In this document: in pieces, positions 1 to 9,710 of the stretch
How positions within the stretch are numbered: the stretch's first letter is position 1
Layout: every line of letters begins with the position of its first letter
NCBI GenBank assembly: GCA_020024475.1
Contig: JAHHTS010000022.1
Coordinates: forward strand, 1-32,000
Direction: 5' to 3'
From: Oscillospiraceae bacterium
Lineage (GTDB): Bacteria; Bacillota; Clostridia; Oscillospirales; Ruminococcaceae
Length of the DNA: 32,000 bases
Translations under genes and position numbers: made by a program
Notes under the pieces: model-generated
What the model saw: the letters and a program-made list of their open reading frames with translations, nothing else
The model's database searches: none
Told to the model about the DNA's origin: nothing

Positions 1-289
1 TTTATTTCGATTGGTTATTTAGTTATGAATAGACAATATCATTCAATACAATCTCATAAGTACAAAAACAAATGTTATTTATCAATACTATCTCTCTCAT
101 CACCCCCTATGCTTTTAAGTGCTCAGTTACACCTTGCCTTTCGCCATTTCCTTTATCAGATGCTCCGCCATATTCCACTCCAAAGTATAAATTTGAGTAA
201 TGTGTTAATATAACTTTCCGCTGTGCATAAGTTTACATAAAATACCTTTATGTGTTCCTTTAAATACAGTTTCATCATTTGGATATATA

Positions 290-899
290 CTAAAACAGTA
301 TCTATCTAAAAAAGTAATAAACTAAAAAGGAGCTGTTATTAAAAAAATTATCTAATCATCATAGTATAAAAATTTTATTAAAAGTATTGAAAATACACAG
401 TAGTACTAACTATTGATAATATTAGGCGAAAGGTTTACGTAAAATAAGTGTTAATCATGTATCAATATCAATTAAACAACTTAATATACATTCTATTGCA
501 ATAAAAAAGCATAAACACCACAAACAAAAACTTAACTCTACTATTTCTCATTAAAATCTTGCAGAACAAAAATTCACAGCCAATAAATCTAATCAAATAT
601 GGTTATCTTATATTATGTATATCTATACCATTAAAAATGGTTGGACTTATTTATCAAGCGTAGTAGATGTTTATACCAGAAAAATTATTGGTTTTTATGC
701 TAAGAAATAGATAAACATATTATTTTATTTGACATTAAAAACGCTTGCCTTAATCAAAGCTACCCTAGCGGTGTTATCTCACACAGTAATAGTAAATTTC
801 AATATAACTCCAATAATTATATATATTTTGCTATCAGTTTTAATACAAACTTTCTCTATACTAAAATTCGTATTTTCATGCTCAGATTATTGACTATAA
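290..899 (+). repeat. Left copy of a 610-bp direct repeat; partner at 20713..21322 (offset 20423)
   Basis: Read base by base against 20713..21322 with no mismatch or indel seen. Flanks diverge immediately outside both ends (289 a vs 20712 t; 900 g vs 21323 t). Confidence 0.93.
308..899 (+). pseudogene. IS3-family transposase orfB remnant, truncated at both ends, with stops and a frameshift
   Basis: A AAA AAG slippery heptamer at 308-314. Translation of 573-710 gives FTANKSNQIWLSYIMYIYTIKNGWTYLSSVVDVYTRKIIGFYAKK*, which fits the IS3 DDE core around the first catalytic Asp (W.sDITYI..YL..V.DLysRKIIGw). A shifted frame downstream reads GVISHSNSKFQYNSNNY, the HSDxGxQY box with D to N. There are in-frame TAA/TAG stops. 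No orfA, inverted repeats or orfB C-terminus are present. Confidence 0.75.
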
Positions 900-909
900 G
901 CTAGTCGTA

Positions 910-933
910 TTTTGTCTATAATTATAGACAAAA
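910..933. repeat. Perfect 24-bp palindrome ttttgtctataa/ttatagacaaaa, function unknown
   Basis: Self-complementary over all 24 nt. It lies 11 nt beyond the right edge of the left 610-bp repeat. No U-tract follows on either strand, so it is not a typical terminator. Confidence 0.85.
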
Positions 934-934
934 T

Positions 935-978
935 AAAATCAAAATATGTTACTCTTTTTTGTAACATATTTTGATTTT
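935..978 (-). terminator. Rho-independent terminator closing the minus-strand gene array
   Basis: 18-bp perfect stem (aaaatcaaaatatgttac / gtaacatattttgatttt) with an 8-nt loop. On the minus strand it is followed by UUUUAUUUU. It starts 10 nt after the stop of the 403-aa ORF. Confidence 0.7.
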
Positions 979-987
979 ATTTAGATT

Positions 988-2199
988 TTAGGATAGTAAA
1001 TAAATTTTTTTATCATCAAAATATATTTGCGAAGTATGGTTATAAATGCTAATCATAGTATCCATTTGTTGTAATATACCTGTTGCACCTGGATTACTTA
1101 GTGTTGCAAATTCTTTAACACATTTAGTCTCAATTTCTTTAGCATTACCTTTAATAGTTTTACCACCGTCCTGAAGAAACTCATCAACTTGACCTTCTTT
1201 AACAAACGGAATAGATCCTATAAAATCTCCTACACCTTTTGTAGCAATTCCAACTCCTTTAAGTAAATTAGTCTCCATTGAGGAATCACTTATTTTTTCG
1301 ATATATAACGAAGCTTTGCTAAAAATATCTCTATATATAGCGGACAAATTTGTTATCTCATTTTTTATCTCAGATATGTATTCTTCTTTAAAATTACCAC
1401 CTAGCATAATTTCCAACAACGAAGCTAAAGAGTATGTATAAAGAGATAATCTGTAATAATTGAATTTATCCTGCAATTTATTAAACTTTGACTTAACTTG
1501 CGTATGCACCGTAATAAAATGTTTTGAATCAATTAATTCAGAAACTTCTTTTTGATAAGCATTCATATTCTTGCGGGCAGTTCTTTGTATATCAAGAACC
1601 ATTTTATAATTACTTGTAATAAAATTCTCATTGTCCCAATTCAACTTATACTTGTTCACAATATTCATTAATGTTTCAACATCTGCTTCGATTTCTGCCT
1701 TTTTCTCTCTTTCTAAAAAAACTAAAATTTGCTTTTGCATTTCTTGAATTTGACCGAGCTGTTTTTCAATGCTGAATAAAGCAACCGCCATCATCATCGT
1801 TGCCGGATTTATGGGCATAACAGTAGTTGAAGTTGCTGTTAATGGATTAGCAGCTTGAAGTTGGGCGAATTTTGATTTCCCTGTAGCAGTCTTAAATGCA
1901 CCCCAAAAGTTTCCGTTTTGAGCCACTTTAAGTGTATCTCCTAACCCTGCATTTGCTAATCTAAATAATCCTTGTGTGTTAATTGTTGCTGTCTGTGTCA
2001 CTGTGTGTAAAGAAGGAATTAGTGATGAAACACCTGCTCCTAAAGTAGCTAATTGTGCAATTGGAACACTTATAGTATTACTGCTTTCTATATTTTTTCT
2101 TGCTGTAGATAGCATTTCTTCGCCAATTTGAATAATTTCATTTGATTCATTGGTCATATCTATGTGATTTATACTATCTACTTTAATTATTTTCCCCAT
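988..2199 (-). CDS. Hypothetical 403-aa protein with no recognisable domain; candidate effector downstream of the WYL regulator
   Basis: Uninterrupted ORF with AGGAGG 6 nt upstream of the ATG. The N-terminal third is Gly/Ala/Thr-rich with hydrophobic stretches (LATLGAGVSSLIPSL, PATMMMAVALFSI). The middle is helical or coiled-coil-like, and the C-terminus is Gly-rich (KGVGIATKGVGDFIGSIP). I could not find nuclease, ATPase or protease motifs. Confidence 0.8.
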   Translation of the reverse strand: MGKIIKVDSINHIDMTNESNEIIQIGEEMLSTARKNIESSNTISVPIAQLATLGAGVSSLIPSLHTVTQTATINTQGLFRLANAGLGDTLKVAQNGNFWGAFKTATGKSKFAQLQAANPLTATSTTVMPINPATMMMAVALFSIEKQLGQIQEMQKQILVFLEREKKAEIEADVETLMNIVNKYKLNWDNENFITSNYKMVLDIQRTARKNMNAYQKEVSELIDSKHFITVHTQVKSKFNKLQDKFNYYRLSLYTYSLASLLEIMLGGNFKEEYISEIKNEITNLSAIYRDIFSKASLYIEKISDSSMETNLLKGVGIATKGVGDFIGSIPFVKEGQVDEFLQDGGKTIKGNAKEIETKCVKEFATLSNPGATGILQQMDTMISIYNHTSQIYFDDKKIYLLS

Positions 2200-2267
2200 A
2201 AAAAACCTCCTATTTTTATAATATTAAATTAATTTTTATTGTAGGATTTGTTTGGTTTACGAATCCG

Positions 2268-3242
2268 TTATTCCATTTTATTGTAAGTATCTCGAACCAT
2301 ATCTTTATATTCTTCTTTTACATTTTCCGGACCAAGTATTTGTATTTTTCCTGAGAAACCAAATACCCAACCATAAAATGTTGGACTTGATGCAACATTT
2401 GTAATCACTCTAAATGAGTTCATATCATAAGCAAGGGTAGTTACATCCTCACCAAACTTGTCAATAATAGTTTTCATCAAACTGTTGTCGCAACGAAGAT
2501 CAACCTCAACAACATCACCTTCAAACATTTTAAACACTGTTTTTGTGAATTCATTAAGATCAAATTCTTCTGGTTGTGAATAACTTTCTCTTTCAAGAAT
2601 AGTAGGTATTGTTGCTATACGATCAACTCGAAAAGCAATAACTTTTTCTCGTTTTTCCGAGTACCCTAATACATAATAGTAATCACCATTCCAAGTAAGA
2701 TGGTAGGGACTTATAGTATAAACCTCACCATTATTCTTCAGCACTTTTTTCTTCAATCCAGTGAAATCATAGTACTGGAATGAAATTTGTTTATTTTCGT
2801 TAATAGCATCATTAATTGCATCAACGATGTAATATACCTGTTCATTATCAGGCTTGATATTTTTAACAACATAGTTGTTTCTTTTTAATTTCTTGATCTG
2901 ATAAATACTTGCTAAATCATTTATTTTATCTATTAGTATTTTGCTTTTATTTGAAGTAATGAACTTTGAAGATTCTACTGCATCGATGAGTAACTTTAAT
3001 TCAGGTAATTCAAACTTTCTATCACCCATAAAATATTTATTCTGTGATGATCTTGTTTCTACAATATCATAGCCAATATCTTGTAAAGCTTCAATGTCTC
3101 TCTTAAAAGTGACTCTATGCACAGTTAACCCATATTCACTTTCAAGCATATTAGATAATTCTGATGTAGTAAGCTGATGTTCCTCATCGGTATATTTTTC
3201 TAATAGTTTCAGTAAGCATATAATTCTTGGCTTTGTATCCAT
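2268..3242 (-). CDS. WYL-domain transcriptional regulator (HTH-WYL-WCX architecture, BrxR/CapW-like)
   Basis: N-terminal wHTH (RIICLLKLLEKYTDEEHQLTTSELSNML). Central WYL-type core (ISPYHLTWNGDYYYVLGYSEKREKVIAFRVDRI). C-terminal extension of about 100 aa. RBS AAGGA lies upstream of the ATG. Confidence 0.85.
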   Translation of the reverse strand: MDTKPRIICLLKLLEKYTDEEHQLTTSELSNMLESEYGLTVHRVTFKRDIEALQDIGYDIVETRSSQNKYFMGDRKFELPELKLLIDAVESSKFITSNKSKILIDKINDLASIYQIKKLKRNNYVVKNIKPDNEQVYYIVDAINDAINENKQISFQYYDFTGLKKKVLKNNGEVYTISPYHLTWNGDYYYVLGYSEKREKVIAFRVDRIATIPTILERESYSQPEEFDLNEFTKTVFKMFEGDVVEVDLRCDNSLMKTIIDKFGEDVTTLAYDMNSFRVITNVASSPTFYGWVFGFSGKIQILGPENVKEEYKDMVRDTYNKME

Positions 3243-3292
3243 AATATTTTCCTTTCAAAACAGGACTTACTGTTATAAAGTATAAAAACCAA

Positions 3293-5047
3293 TTATTTAA
3301 AAAGATTTTGCGCTTTAACAAATTTTATAAAATGAGAATAGATTTGCTCTGTCCTATTCAAGATATTTTCTTCGGTATAATCTTGATACTTACTTGCTAA
3401 TTTAACCAATTCTTCATCCTGTGTTCCATTTTTGTAAACACCTTTATCATTTTCAAAACCATTATAGTATTTTGCTTTATCCGTAAAGCGATAATCAGAA
3501 GCTCTGACGTTTATCTTTTCTTCCAATAATGCTTTGTTTCCAAGTTTTTCTAAACTGTTTTTATCTGATAAAGATTTTTCATTTTCCTGACGTTTTTTAG
3601 GATAAATATGTTCTATTTCTAATTTTGTATTAATATTAATTAGTTCTTGATTTGGTTCTTGATACATCCACCAAGCTAACATTGATTTTGTAATAGGACG
3701 CCCGTTAGTAAAAATATAATTTCTAATGCCATTATCTACTTCATTTTCATTTAACAAATAATCATTAAAAGAAATTTCTGCACCATTAACAATATTAATC
3801 ATTTCTGGATAAATAGGTGTTCTTAATGCATTAACACCTGGTCTAATAAATGAATATGCCCATATAAAGGCGATTGTTTTATTTAAGAACACATATAGCT
3901 TTTCTTCATCCAATTCGTTTTCATTATTTCTATTAGACATAAAATATACTGATAAGAAATATGACCACATTCCATTTGGAGCATAATTAAGCACAAATAG
4001 TTGTTTAAGAACTCTATCCGAAAATACATTGGATTGAGTTTCTACAGAATGCCAAAATGAAGCTAATACTTCTAAATCATTCAAAGCTTGATCATTCTTT
4101 AATAAAGCATATCCATTCTTCTCAAAGAATTTACGTAAAGCTTCTGTTGTGGTATTCCTATTGCCTTGTTTAGCTCTTAGATAATACATATATTTTGTAA
4201 ATAATTCGTCCATAGGTGAGCCGGATTTAGAACTAAAAATTTGCTGAGAAACAAGTTCCAGTTCTTTCCATCTAGAAATAAATTCATCTTTTTCACCTTT
4301 CAACGAATAATATTTATAAAGTTGTGCTTTAAAAATATCTGTATCAGAAAGAGGTTTTCCTCTATCATTTAATGTTGAGAATATTCTTAAAGCTGTATCT
4401 TGTGATTCTGCTTCAATAGGCAATAATATACAATTCTTTAGAACTCTATTTGGTAAAAAAGCAAAGTATGATGGGTATTCGTTTAAGAATTCTTGAATAC
4501 GTATTTCAAAGAACCTAAACGTATCAGCATACTTACTTTTCATTGTTTTTGTTGCTTCACCATTCTTTAAAATTGAAATGAACTCTTCTTTATCCTCATC
4601 TGTTGAAACTTCAGAATCAATTTTTAAATGATTCTTATCAGGATTATCAAATTCATCAACTTTCCAAATACAAGCAGCAATGCTTTCTTTTGTTTTCTTG
4701 GTGTTATCATCTTTCATATTGAATAATTTTGAATAGAACGCTCTAAGTAAAAGCATAAGTGTTGTTAAACGTTGCTGTCCATCAATTATTTCTTGTTTGT
4801 TGTTACTATTCTTAAATGTAACAATCGGTCCTAAAAAATATTCATCGTTGTCTGAATCAAAATTATCTGCGTTACCTTCGGGAAAAGCAAATGAGAAAAT
4901 ATCATCCCATAATGTTTGACATTCAGCTTCTCCCCAAGCGTAAGGTCTTTGATAATCAGGAATTAAAAAATCAGACTTTTTATCCGAGAATAATTCTTTA
5001 ATTGTTTTTTGATCTATGTTTAATTTTGACATTTTTCTCCTCATCAC
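3293..5047 (-). CDS. DUF262/DUF1524 GmrSD-family enzyme (type IV restriction-like, BrxU-like)
   Basis: DUF262 motifs IPDYQRPYAW and IIDGQQRLTT. C-terminal His-Me finger-like LEIEHIYPKK (DUF1524). The ORF-track start is GTG at 5047. An ATG at 5032 preceded by GAGGAG is a plausible true start. Confidence 0.85.
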   Translation of the reverse strand: MMRRKMSKLNIDQKTIKELFSDKKSDFLIPDYQRPYAWGEAECQTLWDDIFSFAFPEGNADNFDSDNDEYFLGPIVTFKNSNNKQEIIDGQQRLTTLMLLLRAFYSKLFNMKDDNTKKTKESIAACIWKVDEFDNPDKNHLKIDSEVSTDEDKEEFISILKNGEATKTMKSKYADTFRFFEIRIQEFLNEYPSYFAFLPNRVLKNCILLPIEAESQDTALRIFSTLNDRGKPLSDTDIFKAQLYKYYSLKGEKDEFISRWKELELVSQQIFSSKSGSPMDELFTKYMYYLRAKQGNRNTTTEALRKFFEKNGYALLKNDQALNDLEVLASFWHSVETQSNVFSDRVLKQLFVLNYAPNGMWSYFLSVYFMSNRNNENELDEEKLYVFLNKTIAFIWAYSFIRPGVNALRTPIYPEMINIVNGAEISFNDYLLNENEVDNGIRNYIFTNGRPITKSMLAWWMYQEPNQELININTKLEIEHIYPKKRQENEKSLSDKNSLEKLGNKALLEEKINVRASDYRFTDKAKYYNGFENDKGVYKNGTQDEELVKLASKYQDYTEENILNRTEQIYSHFIKFVKAQNLFK

Positions 5048-5086
5048 TTATCCGATAAAAATTAAATGAATTTATCATTAGGATAT

Positions 5087-7159
5087 CTACTCAACTCCTA
5101 ATGCTTTATATACAGCATCCTCTGCACTTACGTACGGTATTAACTGAAATGCTGACATTAATTCAGGTGGAACTGTAACTAAATCAGCCATAGAAATTGC
5201 TGGAATAAGTACCTTTTTAGCACCACTATCCAAACATACTTGAAGAACATTTGCTAATTCTTCAACTTTAATCATAGTTCCTGCAATAGTTATATCACCT
5301 AATACTGCTAAACTACTTATAGTAGGTTTCCCTAAAGCAATAGATGAAATTGCAATTAATGTAGGAAGCGCCAATGTATCTGTCATTCCTATTCCTTGAA
5401 GATCTTGGTAATTAACAATATAGTCTTTTGTAGTTGTACTAATACCTCCACTGATACGTGATGAATTAGCTTTTAAATAATTAAGTGCTGTGTTTGTAGC
5501 CTCTTTTGCTTTAGTGTTAGTACCAAGTCCAGAACGCTCAAATTTACCAGTACCAGGCATAATTTGAGATTCTAAACGATAAGCTCCAAGCATTCCCGAT
5601 TTACCTCTAGATACTGTGTAAATTTGTCCTGGATTACATATTCCTTCTGGAATAAGTTTTCCTCCACCTTGTTCAGGAACTGAAACATAATGTTCATCAA
5701 AAGTTTCATTATCAATGTAAGAGAAATTTACGTCATAAAATTCCATTCCACCAAGCTTTTTAAGTTGTTCTTTTACTCTACGACGCATTTCTAATGCAAT
5801 CTGAAGAATTTCTTCTAATTGCTCTTTAGTATATTCACCATCTGGATAAATTAACTTAATAAATCCACCAACTATTTTTCTAACTGCAATGGTATCTCTT
5901 TGGTTAAGGTTTTTTCCTAAATGAAAATATTTATCTAATGCATCCCCACATTGTTCCTTGCGTAATTCACGAATAAATTCTGCTAAATAATCTGTAATAA
6001 AACCATAAGCATTTGTAAAATGTTCTGGTCTAAATTTAGGAATTTCCCATCCCGGTATGTAACAGTGCATGCGATCTAAGAATGCAGTGTCTGTACCCAT
6101 TTCGGGTGGAAATGGATCAAACAAACTTGACGTCTTTAACAAAACATCCACACTTTGATTTATATTACCAACAAAAACCATAGATGCAGAAGCTGCTTTT
6201 TCTTCTTTTCCACGTGCAAAAGATCCAGATGCCATATAGTCTTTCATAATTTGAATACCATCTTTATCTTTAAAATTGATTCCAGCAACTTCATCAAAAG
6301 CAACACAATCCCAAAGTCCAACTAAACCAACAGTTTTTCTTCCCATATTATAGAAAAGGTTGGCAACTGTTGTTTGTCCTCCTGATACAAGGATACTATT
6401 CGGAGAGATTTCTTTATAAATATGAGATTTACCAGTGCTTCGTGGTCCTAATTCGCAAAGGTTAAAATTGTTTTCTACAAGAGGAAGCATACGTGCAAGA
6501 AGTAACCATTTTTCACGATATTCTAACTTGTCAGGTTCCATTCCAATAGAGCGAAGCATAACATTCATCCATTCTTCTTGGGTAAACATTTTTCTACCTT
6601 GTTTCAACTCATCAATATCAACGTGTGGCATTTGAATCGGTGTCAACTTGCGAATATGAATAGGAGAGGAATTTTTATCTTCCTCAATAAACTCATATTC
6701 TAATTGACAAATACACCAAATACCACCACATAATAAACGATCAAATTTACTTGGGTATTGTTCTGATATAGGAATATTTTTTATTCCTAAGTTTGAAAAT
6801 TCAGCCTCATATGTATCTTTCTTTATATTTAGATTTACCGTGATCTTATCAATAACTGTATAACTTCCTTTTTGACGAAGTACCGATAATATTTTTTGTG
6901 CTTCATCCGGACGCACATAGTTATCTGCTAAAATCTTTTTTACTGTAGCAACTCCTTCTTCAATGATAGAAGGATCATCTGAACTACAATATTGTCCTAA
7001 CAAGAATTCAAGAACGTATACAGGGACGTTTGCTCCTTCTTTAATTGACTTTGTTAAGTCCTTACGAACGATTTTTCCATCAAAGTTTGTTCTCAACTTC
7101 CTATTTATTTCTTCATTTTGATCAATATACAAACTTGAATCTATCATAAATTCATCCAA
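5087..7159 (-). CDS. brxL: BREX Lon-like protease BrxL
   Basis: 690 aa with P-loop GPRSTGKSH and a C-terminal Lon-protease-like domain. It sits directly after pglZ, as in type 1 BREX. It ends in TAG. Confidence 0.92.
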   Translation of the reverse strand: MDEFMIDSSLYIDQNEEINRKLRTNFDGKIVRKDLTKSIKEGANVPVYVLEFLLGQYCSSDDPSIIEEGVATVKKILADNYVRPDEAQKILSVLRQKGSYTVIDKITVNLNIKKDTYEAEFSNLGIKNIPISEQYPSKFDRLLCGGIWCICQLEYEFIEEDKNSSPIHIRKLTPIQMPHVDIDELKQGRKMFTQEEWMNVMLRSIGMEPDKLEYREKWLLLARMLPLVENNFNLCELGPRSTGKSHIYKEISPNSILVSGGQTTVANLFYNMGRKTVGLVGLWDCVAFDEVAGINFKDKDGIQIMKDYMASGSFARGKEEKAASASMVFVGNINQSVDVLLKTSSLFDPFPPEMGTDTAFLDRMHCYIPGWEIPKFRPEHFTNAYGFITDYLAEFIRELRKEQCGDALDKYFHLGKNLNQRDTIAVRKIVGGFIKLIYPDGEYTKEQLEEILQIALEMRRRVKEQLKKLGGMEFYDVNFSYIDNETFDEHYVSVPEQGGGKLIPEGICNPGQIYTVSRGKSGMLGAYRLESQIMPGTGKFERSGLGTNTKAKEATNTALNYLKANSSRISGGISTTTKDYIVNYQDLQGIGMTDTLALPTLIAISSIALGKPTISSLAVLGDITIAGTMIKVEELANVLQVCLDSGAKKVLIPAISMADLVTVPPELMSAFQLIPYVSAEDAVYKALGVE

Positions 7160-7177
7160 AACAAAAACCTCCTAAAA

Positions 7178-9697
7178 TTATCCGAAGAAACCAAAGTCAT
7201 CTGCAAAAGCAATATCCATAACAATTTCGTGCCTAAAAATTTCAATATCATTTTTATCGTCGAATGCTACTAAATAATACTTTTGTGATTTATCATATTT
7301 CTTATTTTTTAAGCTAAAGCGAAGTCTGAACATTCTTTTAGCTGTGTCAGTATCTTTTTTATCTGCAACAATAATGTTCTCATTTGAAATCTTTTCATTA
7401 TCATCAGAAATAAAGTAAACTCTGTAATTCGTTTCTTTTACAACATCACTTACTGGCTCAGTTTGTACAAAATCTAATGTAGTAATTAAGTTAGTTATTT
7501 TATTTGTTAGACTTACTAATGCAATTTGTGCAGAAGTTGTTTCTTTCTTACCACGTTCTACTTTAACTTCTAAAAGAGGAACAAGTAATTCTTGAGGTGA
7601 GCAACCACCGTGAACAAAGTTTTGTCCAGCACCACCAACTTTAAATATATCTGAAGCAATAGGGTACGAAACATATCTGTCATCCTTATTTCCTAAGACA
7701 CGTCCAAGTGAAATAGAATTAACTCCATCTTCATTAATTGCATCCGGACTAATAACATATCTTTGACCTGTACTAGCTGATTTAGCTTTAAAAGATATTT
7801 TATCGTTAGCTTCTATCTTATCTCTTTTGTAGATAAATCCGTGATCAGCTGTAACAAAGAAATGGTGTGTATTAGCTAAAGAAGATACTCTACGCATAAA
7901 TGTATGGATTTCTTCTATCGCTTCTTCGCAAGCTGTAAATACTTCGTTTTCAGTATTTGATGCATCACCTCTAGCATCAACTTGATTATGATAAACATAA
8001 ACTACATCTTGTCCAGTAAATATTTCTCGTAATTCATCACGTTTCATATTTTTCATTGTGTCAAATTGAATGCAATTACTATTCACCTTGTAATTCTTTA
8101 AGATTCTAGAACGCTGTTCAGTTGTAGCACAAGGCTTTGCATCAATCAACACTTCATACTCATCTGTATATGAAAGTTCTTTATGAGGAAGTAAAGAAGC
8201 CATACCTAATGGGGTATACGATGGAAGTACACCTTGCATAGCATTAAGTGATGATATACATTTTTCATCGGCTTGTAATTTTTCATATAATGTATGAGCA
8301 ACTTCATATCTTAACGCATCCGAAATAATAACAACTGTTCTTTCTTTAGCATTATTTATATGATTAGCAAAGAAGTTTTTCTGATAACGCAATCCAGTAT
8401 CTCCACCTGCACTGGTGAATTCTGTGTTCCAGTTAACTGTAATTTTGTTCAAATAGTCATTAGTATAAATGTTTTCAACTAGTTCTCTAACTTTTTCAAA
8501 AGCCGTTGTATCTTCGATAGAATCTAAATGATAATAGAAATATCTGTATCTTCTATCAATCTTAAATCCTTCATTTAAGTAGAATTTAAGCACATTGTTT
8601 ATACCACTGATAGGGTGATACTTACCACTTGATATAATTGCAAATGCATTTTCAATTACAAAGTATTCATTTTTAAATCTCTTGCCATAATGCTTTTTAC
8701 GTTGTTGTAAACACAATTCATCAATAGACTTATTATTTAACTTAGCACCAATATCTTCTTGCTCTAAGCGTTCTATCATCCATTTAATGAGTAGCTTATC
8801 AATTCCTGAGAATATGTTGCAATCGACTATATCATTGATTTCCATTTTTGCAAAATACTTATCACCGTTGATAGCATTAAATACTTTATCAGCAATCTCA
8901 TCATATCTCTCGCCGTAAATATAACTATTCATAAGATTGTCTATGAAAGCAATAATATTTCCAGACTTATAAGACACAAACGGTTTCCAAGCTTGTGGTA
9001 CATCTGTACGAATTGCTTTCGCAATATATGTTACAAACATAGTAATAACAAGTTTTTCTAAAGTTGGTTTTGCGTCATTGTATCCAAAGTTATTGTCTGC
9101 TTGTTGCCAAAAGGCCTCAAGCAGATCATATTTTTCAAACTCCTGAAGATATTTATTATCTACAAAATCATCGTCAGTTATAATTACACGAAGTACCTCT
9201 TCAAAAGAGCAAGTTTTACTCTTGCATAAAACACTCATCAAAGCTACTTCTATACTACTTCTTGTGAAATTATCAATTTCTAAATCATAGAATTTTTGTA
9301 TTCTATCTTTGTTTGCGAAGAATTTAATGTAATGTTGAATTACTGGTTTATATCTCTCATCTATTCCCAAGTCAACAGTTAATAGAGAAGCTCTATCTGC
9401 AAAAAATTCTTTTGAATACTGAATTGTGTCAAATAGATGATTTTCTCTAATGTTTGGTTTTGGAAACGGAGCATAAATCAAATAATTTGTTGTTTTATCT
9501 TCGCATTCTAAAAAATATTTTATATAAAATTGATTGTCCGGTTCTAAATATAGTACTTTTGCATTTTCAAGTTCAATCGTATTTATATCTTCTTGAAACT
9601 CTGCATTGGCATCGTACCAGAACACTAATTTTCTCACATCACCGACAAACTCAGCATTGAGCTTGTCGGTAATCTGTTTTAAGTTAAGTTCTGCCAT
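7178..9697 (-). CDS. pglZ: BREX alkaline-phosphatase-superfamily protein PglZ
   Basis: 839 aa with PglZ-domain motifs VVIISDALRYEV and FFVTADHGF. AGGAGA RBS. Position and size are canonical. Confidence 0.93.
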   Translation of the reverse strand: MAELNLKQITDKLNAEFVGDVRKLVFWYDANAEFQEDINTIELENAKVLYLEPDNQFYIKYFLECEDKTTNYLIYAPFPKPNIRENHLFDTIQYSKEFFADRASLLTVDLGIDERYKPVIQHYIKFFANKDRIQKFYDLEIDNFTRSSIEVALMSVLCKSKTCSFEEVLRVIITDDDFVDNKYLQEFEKYDLLEAFWQQADNNFGYNDAKPTLEKLVITMFVTYIAKAIRTDVPQAWKPFVSYKSGNIIAFIDNLMNSYIYGERYDEIADKVFNAINGDKYFAKMEINDIVDCNIFSGIDKLLIKWMIERLEQEDIGAKLNNKSIDELCLQQRKKHYGKRFKNEYFVIENAFAIISSGKYHPISGINNVLKFYLNEGFKIDRRYRYFYYHLDSIEDTTAFEKVRELVENIYTNDYLNKITVNWNTEFTSAGGDTGLRYQKNFFANHINNAKERTVVIISDALRYEVAHTLYEKLQADEKCISSLNAMQGVLPSYTPLGMASLLPHKELSYTDEYEVLIDAKPCATTEQRSRILKNYKVNSNCIQFDTMKNMKRDELREIFTGQDVVYVYHNQVDARGDASNTENEVFTACEEAIEEIHTFMRRVSSLANTHHFFVTADHGFIYKRDKIEANDKISFKAKSASTGQRYVISPDAINEDGVNSISLGRVLGNKDDRYVSYPIASDIFKVGGAGQNFVHGGCSPQELLVPLLEVKVERGKKETTSAQIALVSLTNKITNLITTLDFVQTEPVSDVVKETNYRVYFISDDNEKISNENIIVADKKDTDTAKRMFRLRFSLKNKKYDKSQKYYLVAFDDKNDIEIFRHEIVMDIAFADDFGFFG

Positions 9698-9710
9698 AAA
9701 ATTTCTCCTG

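Noticed and set aside
25-213. 62-aa plus-strand ORF at the left edge
   Set aside because: No RBS and an implausible composition. The surrounding region shows only short broken frames on both strands.
1885-1908. FKTATGKS in the 403-aa protein as a Walker A P-loop
   Set aside because: It does not fit [AG]xxxxGK[ST], since Phe occupies the first position. No Walker B or other NTPase motif follows.
3259-3274. AACAG-N6-CTGTT inverted repeat just upstream of the WYL gene as its operator
   Set aside because: Arms of only 5 bp are easily produced by chance. It is kept only as a probe suggestion for binding assays.
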